From the NCBI GenBank assembly GCA_944382715.1, contig CALWNC010000002.1:8738-72737 (forward strand): a stretch of DNA of 64,000 nt. Reading direction: 5' to 3'. The position numbers and the translations under genes are program-made. Under the pieces are notes generated by a model. That model was not told the origin of the DNA. It was given only the letters and a program-made list of their open reading frames with translations, and searched no databases. This DNA comes from an uncultured Clostridia bacterium (lineage in GTDB: Bacteria > Bacillota > Clostridia > Christensenellales > UBA1242). Positions 20,306 through 29,057 of this stretch are shown here, in pieces (within the stretch, counting starts at the first letter, position 1; every line of letters starts with the position of its first letter).

Positions 20306-23300
20306 ATGTATAAAAAGATAGACAAAAGTAATTGCATTGCAGTAACACAATGCGAAGGCTACGCAAAAGTTGAATACACGCCAAGTTTTGATAGTAGCCA
20401 CATTAAACTAATAAGGTCACTGCTCGTATTTAATCGAAGTAACATAACTGGCACATACGACTTTGATGTAGTGGTAAACGGAGCAGTCATTGACCAAATA
20501 AAAATGGATAGCGACAGTGTAAAGGCAAAAATTTGCATTGATATAACCGATGAACTGAGTGACCTTTTAAAGTCAGGTGACATAACACTTGAAATAAAAT
20601 TAAACGGTTTGCAGGGACTTACCAGCAATGGAAGTTTTGAAGTAATAAGCCAGTATATTCCTTCAAAACAACAACTTTCACAGGGAAGTTATAAAGGTAT
20701 TTCAGCAAAAAGAGCAGGAAGTGTCAGTGTTAATCTCGTGACGGGCGAATTAAGACTTGTGCATACTGACGAAAGTAGCAATGAAAAAGTATTGCCACTA
20801 GGTGAAAGCCATATATTTAATTCGTTTGACGATAATGAAAACAAAGTTAGTGTAAAACTTGAAAATGACGAAATATCACTTCCAAAATTACACACGGGAA
20901 AGGGCTGGCGACTTGCGCACGAGCAGTATCTTGTTAAAGAGCGAGCCGAAAGTGGAATGTTAGATAATAACACGGCGACAAGATATACTCTTGTTGCAGG
21001 TGACGGGAGTGAAATTCAGTTTGACCAAAAATACTACTATGAAAAGCAGGTTAATGGTGAAACTGAAAAGATATATTTGTGTCCAAGCCAAGTAATTGTT
21101 GACTATGACGAATCACTATCATTTGTAGAAGACGGAGAAAATCAAACGAAGCACGAAGTTAAAAGTGAAATTGTAAGCGATAGCGACCTAGTATTGACGC
21201 CAAGACTAGAAGCTGAAAACGGCACAGAAAAAATTTCAAAGGACATTGAAGAGATTGAGAATATAAAGGCTCAAATTGAAGAATTAAAATCGGCAAGAGA
21301 AAGCGTGATTGAGAGTTTGAAACTCAATAGATATGCAGAAAGAGTCTTTTTAAAGTCAACAAGTGCGTCTGATGAGCAGACAAAAGGTCAACTGCTTAGC
21401 TATTTGGCACAGGCAAAAAACTTTGAACTAACAAAAGAAAACTATGAAAAAGAAAAAGACTATGCACTAAACAGTATTAACTATAAAATTGAAAGTAAAA
21501 ACGAATTAAATGGAAAAGAGAATAAGACAAGTAAAGACAACATTCAATTGAATATGTTAAATAGAGAAATCCAAATTTCAGAGACAAACTACAAGTATAA
21601 GTGGGGTGAAGGTTGGAAAGACTTGTCGCAGAACACAAGTATTAGCTGTGGAAATAATGAAAATATTGACGAGCTTGTTTCAAAGATAAATTCTTTAGAG
21701 AACGCGGGAACAATTGACGGTGTTACTCTAACTGAATATGACTGTAAACTAATAAATAGTACCAAATCATCGCTACTACTTAGCCTAGACTTTACAGATG
21801 AGCAAAAGAGTTATCAAGAGTATCAGCTCAGCATTGAAAAACAAGAACTTTGCAAAAATTTGGATAATTACAGCCAAAACATTGAAAAACTAATTTATAC
21901 GCTAAATGAATATAAAAAGCAAGTTCCAGAATACTATTTGTCAAATGCCGAAAAAACACTAATGTTTGGGTTTGCAAAATTCAGGGAGCAGTCAATGGCA
22001 GTAAGTAATCTAAAAAGTTCGCAGGATATCGTAAACTTAATTGAAAATGCAATTCAAGAAAATCTGCTTGAAAATTTGGATTTGGGCGAGAGCGTGGAGT
22101 ATGAAATTAGTAACAATGTGGACATTTATAGACTGATTGCAATTTTTGATAATTATAGTAATGCAGTATATGTCGAGTATAGTGACGGCGAAAGCTATGA
22201 CGAGAGCAAAATCGTATCGCTTAGCGACTCAGACGACTCAAAAATTACTTTTAAATATAATGATGACGGCTTGCTAGAGAGTATAGAAAGTGATAGGGGA
22301 AAAAGGACAAATTACTTTTATACTGGCGAAAGATTGACAAAAATCACATACTCAGACGAAACCGAGTCAAATTATGAGTATAACGCAGATGGGAAACTTG
22401 TAAAGGTAACAGACAGTTCGGGCTACTTTGTTCGTTTTGACTACTCTTTGGCAAACCATATCAAAGTTTATGAGGGAAACAAGTACAGCACCATAAGTAA
22501 AGAGCCAGAGGTTGCAGTAAATGAGTCAGGCACAGCGAGTGAACTTGAAAGACTGCTTTGTGACATAGAACTTTACGACTATAAAATGACAACAATAACT
22601 GATAGAAAAGAGAATATTCAGACATATATTTTTGATAGATTTGGCAAGGTCGTAACAGTTTATGAAGGCAAAATTAACGAGCAAAACTCACAGGCTAGTA
22701 ATGTAAAGTCAGTTTCACATTCATATAAAGACAATAAACGCACAGTAACCGTAAAAAAACTTCCAAATGCAAAGAATTTGCTTCGAGTTTACACGGAAAA
22801 TTATGTAGGTGACGAAGTTTATGCTGGCGATGATGTCTACCCAACACTTTACGAAAATATGCCCGATAAAACTATCTATAGTGTAAGCGCCACAAAATCT
22901 TTTACTGTAAAGCAAGATGTTGTCCAACTTTTAAATCTTGGTACAAAAAGCTTTGTATTTTCTGGTTTTGCAAAGGCAGACGCTGGCTACACTGACATAT
23001 ACGGCGAAGATTCGTATGACGAACTTGAAAATATGTTAATTTCAAACTCAGACACAAATAGACAAAACCGAAAGTTTGAACTTAGAGCAAGTTTAACTTT
23101 TGAAGATTATAAAACTAGAGAAATAATTATTCCGTTTGACTGGATGCAAACTAACTGGCAGTATGCAGAACTCCCAATTGTAATAGGCGAAGATGAAACA
23201 TTAAAAAATATATCTCTAAAATTTGACTATACAGACAATATTGGAGGTGCAAAAATCTTTGGTTTTTCACTTAAAGAAGCCGAAGTGGAGCAAAGCGAAT

Positions 23301-26203
23301 ATAATAGCAAAGGTCAGCTAATCGCCCAAACAAATAGCTTGCAAAAGACAAAAATAAACTATAACTTCTCCGAAGAAACAAATTTGCCACTTTCAGCGTC
23401 ACTCACATATAAGGGCAAAAACTTTGTAATAAAATATTTTTATGGCTCAAATAAAGAACTTTTAAAGAGTATAGACTATAAAGGAAATGTGCAAGAATTT
23501 GAGTATAACGACAAAGGACAAAAGATAAAAACAATCTCATATAACACAAACGACCCGACAACAAAACGCGTAGAAGAAATCAAACTAGACGAAACGGGCA
23601 AGCAAACTTCTCTGCTTGACGAGTTTGGTAGAGAAACACAAACCTACAATTACCTTAGTGGAACAAATATCACCTCCTCTATAACTAATAACAATGGGCT
23701 AAAACTCAGTTATTGTTATGACCCACTAAGTGAAAATTTAACGGGAATTTGTGCAAGTGCAGGCTATGAGAGTAATGAAAATATTTACGGCTACACTTTG
23801 GGAGAACTTACCAGTTTAACCCACAACGATTTTTCAGTAAACTTTGCCTATGATGGATACGGCGAACTTAAATCTATTAAAATAGACGGCGAAGATAACG
23901 ACTATGTAACCTTATCTCAAAACGATAACGGCGAAATAAAAACATATGCTAGTGGAGAACTTGTTGAAACCGTATTGGATAGTGATGGCGATGTAACAAA
24001 AGTGAATTTTGGGACGGAAACTGAAACCGAAACAATAGTTACCAATACTTACGATGACGCCAAAAATTTAACCAGCCAGACGGAAAACTTATATGGCAAA
24101 CAATTTACTTATTATTATGGTCAAGACGCCTTTGGCAATGAAAATTCAGTCGAAAAGACAGAAATTGACAGTAGTGGAGAAATACCAGTAGAAACAAAGC
24201 TTTATGGCATAGAGTCCACATATGATAAAACGGGGCTAATAAAAAGTGCAGAAGTTTCATTTGAAGGTGTTGAAGATAAAGAAATCACTCTGCTTTCTGA
24301 GTACGAATACGATGAAACAACACCAGAAAGCCAACTCAAAAAGATTAACTATACCGATTATTATCCAACATCGGCTACCTATGGAAGAACTTACAAAACC
24401 TATCAAGAATTAGAGCAGGATAATTTTGGCAGAATTAAAAGGGTGTCACTTGGAGATAGCGTTGGCGAAATTTTAAGCAAAAATTATAGTTACGCCAAAA
24501 AAGGCGAAAACACTTCAGACCTAGTTTCAAGCATATGGTACGGAGCAAATGGCGAAATGAAAGATTCCTTAAAATTTGCCTATGACCAAAGCGGAAATAT
24601 AACCAAAGTTTATGAAAATGGCATATTAATTGCAAGGTACGAATACGACGAACTTTCAAGAATAGTGAGAGAAGACAATAAAAAACTTGACAAGACCTAT
24701 TTTTATGAGTACGATAAAGGTGGAAACATTGTAAGAAAGTTAAGCATAAAGTTTAACTTGTCTAACAAAGAAACAATAACAACTTCGCCAACCGAAATTC
24801 GTTATAGCTACAAGTCGAACGGTTGGAAAGACCAACTGCTTAGCTATAATGGTGAAGAGTGTGAGTACGACAAACTTGGAAATCCTACACTTTATAGGGA
24901 TAAAGCTCTCACTTGGGGGAAACTCAGGAACCTAGAAGAATTTGTTATTGATGAAAATAACAGTGTTTCATATACATATGATAAAAATGGTATTAGGAAT
25001 ACTAAAACTAGTACCATAAAAAGTACAAATGAAGAAAATTCCGAAATAACTACAATAGTAACCAAAAAGTTTTTGTATAATGGCACAAGACTATTAATGC
25101 AAAATAATGGTGACTCAGCGACCAATAATGGCTACAACTCAAAATTATACTTTCACTATGGGGTAGATGGGCTAATTGGATTTACACATGTAAAATCTAC
25201 TTATTTAATATACAATTATTACTATAAGAAAAATGCCCAAGGAGACATAATAGGAATATATGATTCCAGTGGGAAAGAAATAGTAAAGTATTACTATGAC
25301 GCATTTGGGAATGTAAAGGCTTATTATAATTCAAGTGCAAATTACTACTATGAAATTACTGAAACATCTTCAACCACAAATGCAGTAATAGGCAGATTAA
25401 ACCCATTTAGGTACCGTGGCTATTACTACGACCAAGAGACCAAGTTGTACTATCTAAACAGCAGATATTACGACCCAGAAACAGGCAGATTTATAAATGC
25501 CGATGATATTAGCTACCTAGATAAAGACACAATAAACGGCTTAAACCTATATGCATATTGTGGAAATAATCCTGTAATGAACATCGACCCAAATGGACAT
25601 ATTTTTCTTACTTTTTTAATATTTTCTATTATTACAGGTGCTATTGTTAGTGGAGTATCCAGTGGTGTTAAATCATATATTAGTGGAGAAAGAGGAAGCG
25701 ATTTAGTAGGCTCTGTTTTAAGTGGAGTTGTTGAAGGTGCAGGCTTAGGAGCAATAATGGCATTAGGTGGTGCCGCTGGATTAGTGGCTACTGGTATTAG
25801 TGTTACTAATTTTGCATTATCTTCAATAGCTGCCCTGAGTGTTTCTATGGCGATTGGTTTTGGAACAGGTCTATTATCTTATTCATTAGATAATGTAATA
25901 AGCAAAGACAAAAATTGGAATTTTAAAGACTTTTTGAAATCGGGGATTTCTTCTAGTATTCAATCCGTTATTACATTTAGCTTCTCTTACTTAGGTGGTA
26001 AATTAGGTTTATTTAATAACAAATTAACTAATATGTCATTTCAAGATTTTATGCAATATAAATTTAATATTACAGGAGATATATCTATTTTACAATCTAT
26101 AATTTATGGATTCGAAATTTTATTTTCAAATAATATTACCAAATACATTTTTATTAATTTACCTGGATTCATATTTAGAAATGCAGTTAATAAGGTTATA
26201 TAG
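20306..26203 (+). CDS. RHS/YD-repeat polymorphic toxin (1965 aa) with a hydrophobic glycine-zipper C-terminal domain
   Basis: Many YD repeats, for example YNDDGLLESIE..YFYTGERLTKITY..YEYNADGKLVKVTD. Canonical RHS core end PFRYRGYYYDQETKLYYLNSRYYDPETGRFINAD...YAYCGNNPVMNIDPNGH. A 200-aa Gly/Ala/Ser-rich hydrophobic tail follows. Confidence 0.9.
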   Translation: MYKKIDKSNCIAVTQCEGYAKVEYTPSFDSSHIKLIRSLLVFNRSNITGTYDFDVVVNGAVIDQIKMDSDSVKAKICIDITDELSDLLKSGDITLEIKLNGLQGLTSNGSFEVISQYIPSKQQLSQGSYKGISAKRAGSVSVNLVTGELRLVHTDESSNEKVLPLGESHIFNSFDDNENKVSVKLENDEISLPKLHTGKGWRLAHEQYLVKERAESGMLDNNTATRYTLVAGDGSEIQFDQKYYYEKQVNGETEKIYLCPSQVIVDYDESLSFVEDGENQTKHEVKSEIVSDSDLVLTPRLEAENGTEKISKDIEEIENIKAQIEELKSARESVIESLKLNRYAERVFLKSTSASDEQTKGQLLSYLAQAKNFELTKENYEKEKDYALNSINYKIESKNELNGKENKTSKDNIQLNMLNREIQISETNYKYKWGEGWKDLSQNTSISCGNNENIDELVSKINSLENAGTIDGVTLTEYDCKLINSTKSSLLLSLDFTDEQKSYQEYQLSIEKQELCKNLDNYSQNIEKLIYTLNEYKKQVPEYYLSNAEKTLMFGFAKFREQSMAVSNLKSSQDIVNLIENAIQENLLENLDLGESVEYEISNNVDIYRLIAIFDNYSNAVYVEYSDGESYDESKIVSLSDSDDSKITFKYNDDGLLESIESDRGKRTNYFYTGERLTKITYSDETESNYEYNADGKLVKVTDSSGYFVRFDYSLANHIKVYEGNKYSTISKEPEVAVNESGTASELERLLCDIELYDYKMTTITDRKENIQTYIFDRFGKVVTVYEGKINEQNSQASNVKSVSHSYKDNKRTVTVKKLPNAKNLLRVYTENYVGDEVYAGDDVYPTLYENMPDKTIYSVSATKSFTVKQDVVQLLNLGTKSFVFSGFAKADAGYTDIYGEDSYDELENMLISNSDTNRQNRKFELRASLTFEDYKTREIIIPFDWMQTNWQYAELPIVIGEDETLKNISLKFDYTDNIGGAKIFGFSLKEAEVEQSEYNSKGQLIAQTNSLQKTKINYNFSEETNLPLSASLTYKGKNFVIKYFYGSNKELLKSIDYKGNVQEFEYNDKGQKIKTISYNTNDPTTKRVEEIKLDETGKQTSLLDEFGRETQTYNYLSGTNITSSITNNNGLKLSYCYDPLSENLTGICASAGYESNENIYGYTLGELTSLTHNDFSVNFAYDGYGELKSIKIDGEDNDYVTLSQNDNGEIKTYASGELVETVLDSDGDVTKVNFGTETETETIVTNTYDDAKNLTSQTENLYGKQFTYYYGQDAFGNENSVEKTEIDSSGEIPVETKLYGIESTYDKTGLIKSAEVSFEGVEDKEITLLSEYEYDETTPESQLKKINYTDYYPTSATYGRTYKTYQELEQDNFGRIKRVSLGDSVGEILSKNYSYAKKGENTSDLVSSIWYGANGEMKDSLKFAYDQSGNITKVYENGILIARYEYDELSRIVREDNKKLDKTYFYEYDKGGNIVRKLSIKFNLSNKETITTSPTEIRYSYKSNGWKDQLLSYNGEECEYDKLGNPTLYRDKALTWGKLRNLEEFVIDENNSVSYTYDKNGIRNTKTSTIKSTNEENSEITTIVTKKFLYNGTRLLMQNNGDSATNNGYNSKLYFHYGVDGLIGFTHVKSTYLIYNYYYKKNAQGDIIGIYDSSGKEIVKYYYDAFGNVKAYYNSSANYYYEITETSSTTNAVIGRLNPFRYRGYYYDQETKLYYLNSRYYDPETGRFINADDISYLDKDTINGLNLYAYCGNNPVMNIDPNGHIFLTFLIFSIITGAIVSGVSSGVKSYISGERGSDLVGSVLSGVVEGAGLGAIMALGGAAGLVATGISVTNFALSSIAALSVSMAIGFGTGLLSYSLDNVISKDKNWNFKDFLKSGISSSIQSVITFSFSYLGGKLGLFNNKLTNMSFQDFMQYKFNITGDISILQSIIYGFEILFSNNITKYIFINLPGFIFRNAVNKVI
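24352..24771 (+). repeat. RHS core segment duplicated at 27702-28122
   Basis: Direct nucleotide alignment at offset 3350. Only scattered substitutions and a 1-nt indel near the 3' end. Confidence 0.9.
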
Positions 26204-26211
26204 TTGTTATT

Positions 26212-26697
26212 ATGATAATAATAAAAAAAAATAAAAGAATTATAATAAATATTTCTCTAATAGTTGTTTTTGGATTTATATTTATATCCACTATGGCTTA
26301 TTTCTTTGGTTGGAGTTTTGATTTAAATTCATTTTTGATTTATTTAGCGATTATAAGTACCACGACAATTTTAATTTTATTTGTTTGTGTTATTTTAATT
26401 AAATTAAATAAGAAAAAATTTGTTTTTACAAAAGAAACAGTTAAATTGTATAATAAAAATGAATTAATTTTTGAATTGGATACAAATGACATTGAAAATT
26501 TAATATATATTAGGTTTTTATGGTTTATCCTCTTTCAAATAGGTGCGGGATACTTACATATGAAATTTATTAATAATGAAAATATTAAACCATCAATTAA
26601 ATTTGCAAATGGAGATAAAATTTATTCTTTATCAGTTTCATTAAAAGAGGCTAAGTTAATAGCAAATCTTTTAGATATAAAAATTAAAATTAAGTAA
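26212..26697 (+). CDS. putative cognate immunity protein (membrane protein, 161 aa)
   Basis: Starts 8 nt after the RHS stop. Two to three TM segments. The position is typical of RHS immunity genes. Confidence 0.55.
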   Translation: MIIIKKNKRIIINISLIVVFGFIFISTMAYFFGWSFDLNSFLIYLAIISTTTILILFVCVILIKLNKKKFVFTKETVKLYNKNELIFELDTNDIENLIYIRFLWFILFQIGAGYLHMKFINNENIKPSIKFANGDKIYSLSVSLKEAKLIANLLDIKIKIK

Positions 26698-26859
26698 ACT
26701 TATTAAAATATTTGATAATATTTTTTATCATAAATAATAATATAGATATCTTGAAACATATAAAATAGTTTTAGAAAAATTCAGTTTTAGGCATAACAAT
26801 GTGTTGGTGATATTTTGACATTTTGGTATGTTGCACTTTAAGGGAGAGTTTGTTTATTT

Positions 26860-27156
26860 ATGAAAAAATATAAATTGACAGAAGAAGAAAAAGTTGTTGT
26901 GAACAAATTTTGCAACTTTAGTATCCCTTTTATATTTAAGGCAGGGAAATATTGTAGATATATGGAGTATTTTGAATATGTTGATTCTGAAATTTGCTAT
27001 AAACTTTTAAAAGGTAAATGTATTGATGAAAAAAATTATCAAATGATTGTTTTAAAGGGTGATAATATAAAAAGAGAAGAGTTAGATAATAATGCCCTTG
27101 AATTTTATGATTTATATTTACTTCTTAAAGATATGGTTAAAAAATATCATGGCTAA
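26860..27156 (+). CDS. hypothetical small protein (98 aa), possibly an orphan immunity protein
   Basis: ORF preceded by gggagag. No motif. The call rests on location in the toxin locus only. Confidence 0.4.
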   Translation: MKKYKLTEEEKVVVNKFCNFSIPFIFKAGKYCRYMEYFEYVDSEICYKLLKGKCIDEKNYQMIVLKGDNIKREELDNNALEFYDLYLLLKDMVKKYHG

Positions 27157-27653
27157 ACTTTTTACGAAACAAGATAGAGCATAAAGAAGAAAATTTTTGT
27201 TAATAAGTATGGTTGTTTTAAATATATTTACTTAGAAAAGCAGGTTTCCCGCTTGCAAGGTATCAAGTTACCTTGTGGCAAATTACTTAAATTGTTTATT
27301 TAATGTACCTAATAAAATTAAATAATAAATTAAAATTAAATAAATAAAATATAAGACAAAATAGCAATACATATCTAAATAAACCCAAATAAAAAATAAT
27401 AAAAAATAATTATAAATAATTTGTATTTTAGGATTATTAAGAATTAGTAATATATGTAAAAATAATAAAAAACAAAAATAAAAAATTTAATAAGGAGGAT
27501 CGCAAAAATAGAATTTAAAGATTTAAAAAAATACGCTCCATCGTTTACATATATTATGAAAATTAATAATCCAAAATATAAAATTTATGATTATATAAAA
27601 ATAAAATAAAAAAAATAAGTAAAAAATTATTCTATAGTTTAATATTAATAAAC

Positions 27654-27692
27654 AAAAACCCAGAGAAAAAATATATCTCTGGGTATTTTTAT
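27654..27692. terminator. bidirectional hairpin terminator
   Basis: Stem cccagaga / tctctggg, flanked by an A-run and a T-run. Confidence 0.5.
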
Positions 27693-27701
27693 ATTTAATT
27701 T

Positions 27702-28122
27702 TACCGACTATTACCCAACATCGGCTACCTATGGAAGAACTTACAAAACCTATCAAGAATTAGAGCAAGATAATTTTGGCAGAATTAAAAGGGTGTCACT
27801 TGGAGATAGCGTTGGCGAAATTTTAAGCAAAAATTACAGCTACGCCAAAAAAGGCGAAAACACATCAGACCTAGTTTCAAGCATATGGTACGGAGCAAAT
27901 GGCGAAATGAAAGATTCTCTAAAATTTGCCTATGACCAAAGCGGAAATATAACCAAAGTTTATGAAAATGGCATATTAATTGCAAGGTATGAGTACGACG
28001 AACTTTCAAGAATAGTGAGAGAGGACAATAAAAAACTTGACAAGACCTACTTTTATGAATACGATAAAGGTGGGAACATTGATTGACAAGTTAAGCCAAA
28101 AGTTTAACTTGTCTGACAAAGT
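27702..28122 (+). pseudogene. orphan RHS core fragment (copy of aa ~1350-1490 of the main RHS gene)
   Basis: Near-identical to 24352-24771. It has no start context, and a 1-nt indel gives a premature stop (…YDKGGNID*). Confidence 0.85.
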
Positions 28123-28258
28123 TTCTATTTACAAATGATAAAAAGAAAATTTTTTAATTTTCAACATTAATGCACAAAAGAAGAAAATAATTTAAATAGA
28201 CCAGAAATCTATTTTAATTATGAGAAAAACAAAAGAAGAAAATATTATTATTTAAAAA

Positions 28259-28291
28259 ATATGAAGTAAATTTTATTGCTTCATATTTTTT
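28259..28291 (+). terminator. rho-independent terminator preceding the second conserved element
   Basis: Stem atatgaag / cttcatat followed by a T-run. Confidence 0.55.
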
Positions 28292-28321
28292 ATGTCTTTT
28301 AAAAAATAGCTATGTAAAAAT

Positions 28322-28347
28322 ATTAGAGTAAATTAGAGTAAATTTTA
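28322..28347 (+). promoter_or_regulatory. 26-nt conserved element, copy 2
   Basis: Identical to 20226-20251. A leader hairpin follows at 28361-28385 (ttgataagc / gcttatcaa). Confidence 0.55.
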
Positions 28348-28410
28348 AATATACTTAGAATTGATAAGCAGGCGAGGCTTATCAAAAAAAGACTAAGGAG
28401 GAAAAACAAT

Positions 28411-28446
28411 ATGGAAATTTTAGTGGAGATTTATACATATGAATAG
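28411..28446 (+). other. 11-codon upstream ORF (MEILVEIYTYE) carrying the only strong SD of this unit
   Basis: aaggagg at 28395-28401 lies 9 nt before the ATG at 28411. The uORF stop overlaps the ATG at 28439 of the next ORF, which has no SD of its own. Confidence 0.35.
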
Positions 28447-29044
28447 CTTTATTAACACACTTCAAAACTATCCTGTAAGAATTGTAGTAGTATCTGTGCT
28501 TGTAATAATTCTTACAAATCTTTTAAAGGTACCTATAAAAAGTGTAATTCAAAATTCGACTGAAAAATTAAAAAATATGTTAAGTGTAGTGATTATATTT
28601 ATTCCACTTATTTTGTCATTTTGCCTAACAATTTTAAACTCAGGATTATTTCACGAAGTTTGGTTTTCAGAACTAGTTTTTAGCGATGTTATAACATCTT
28701 GGTTATTGTCGCTTTCACTCTACTCAATTGTATCTAAATTATGGGCGTTAGTTACTGGAGTTTTAACTGGTAAAACTGATATTGACCAAATGCAAAAGGA
28801 CATTCAAGATATTACAAGTGAACTTAATTTGGATAAAGAAACTCTTACTTCACTTAACAATACACTAAGTAATTTAGTTAAACATAGAGATAACATTATT
28901 TCAAATAATGATATTGACATGGAAGAAGTTTTGAATTTAGATTTTCAAATAAAAAATCTTGAAGAACAAAAATCAACATTAAATCTAAAAATTGTAAATA
29001 GCGAAAAACAAATGAAAAGCTATAAAAGAAAACTAAAAAAATAA
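28439..29044 (+). CDS. polytopic membrane protein with C-terminal coiled coil (201 aa; holin-like role is speculative)
   Basis: Three to four hydrophobic segments in residues 10-110. A heptad-like charged tail follows (LNLDFQIKNLEEQKSTLNLKIVNSEKQMKSYKRKLKK). Confidence 0.55.
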   Translation: MNSFINTLQNYPVRIVVVSVLVIILTNLLKVPIKSVIQNSTEKLKNMLSVVIIFIPLILSFCLTILNSGLFHEVWFSELVFSDVITSWLLSLSLYSIVSKLWALVTGVLTGKTDIDQMQKDIQDITSELNLDKETLTSLNNTLSNLVKHRDNIISNNDIDMEEVLNLDFQIKNLEEQKSTLNLKIVNSEKQMKSYKRKLKK

Positions 29045-29057
29045 AAAGGAGAAAATT

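Noticed and set aside
24435-24659. Two nearly identical 74-aa minus-strand ORFs (24435-24659 and 27785-28009), which could be mistaken for a small duplicated gene family.
   Set aside because: They are antisense shadows of the duplicated RHS core segment. Their similarity is fully explained by the plus-strand repeat.
27260-27660. Extremely AT-rich low-complexity tract, checked for CRISPR-like or tandem-repeat structure. A strong AAGGAGG at 27492 has no ATG/GTG/TTG at a sensible distance.
   Set aside because: There is no regularly spaced repeat unit. The only frame after the SD would need an ATA start. The minus-strand ORF 27523-27756 is low-complexity. The tract is most likely non-coding filler or decayed sequence.
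28361-28385. The hairpin ttgataagc/gcttatcaa was considered as a terminator or attenuator.
   Set aside because: It is followed by an A-run, not a T-run, on the plus strand, and it has no T-run on the minus strand either. I kept it only as a leader structure.
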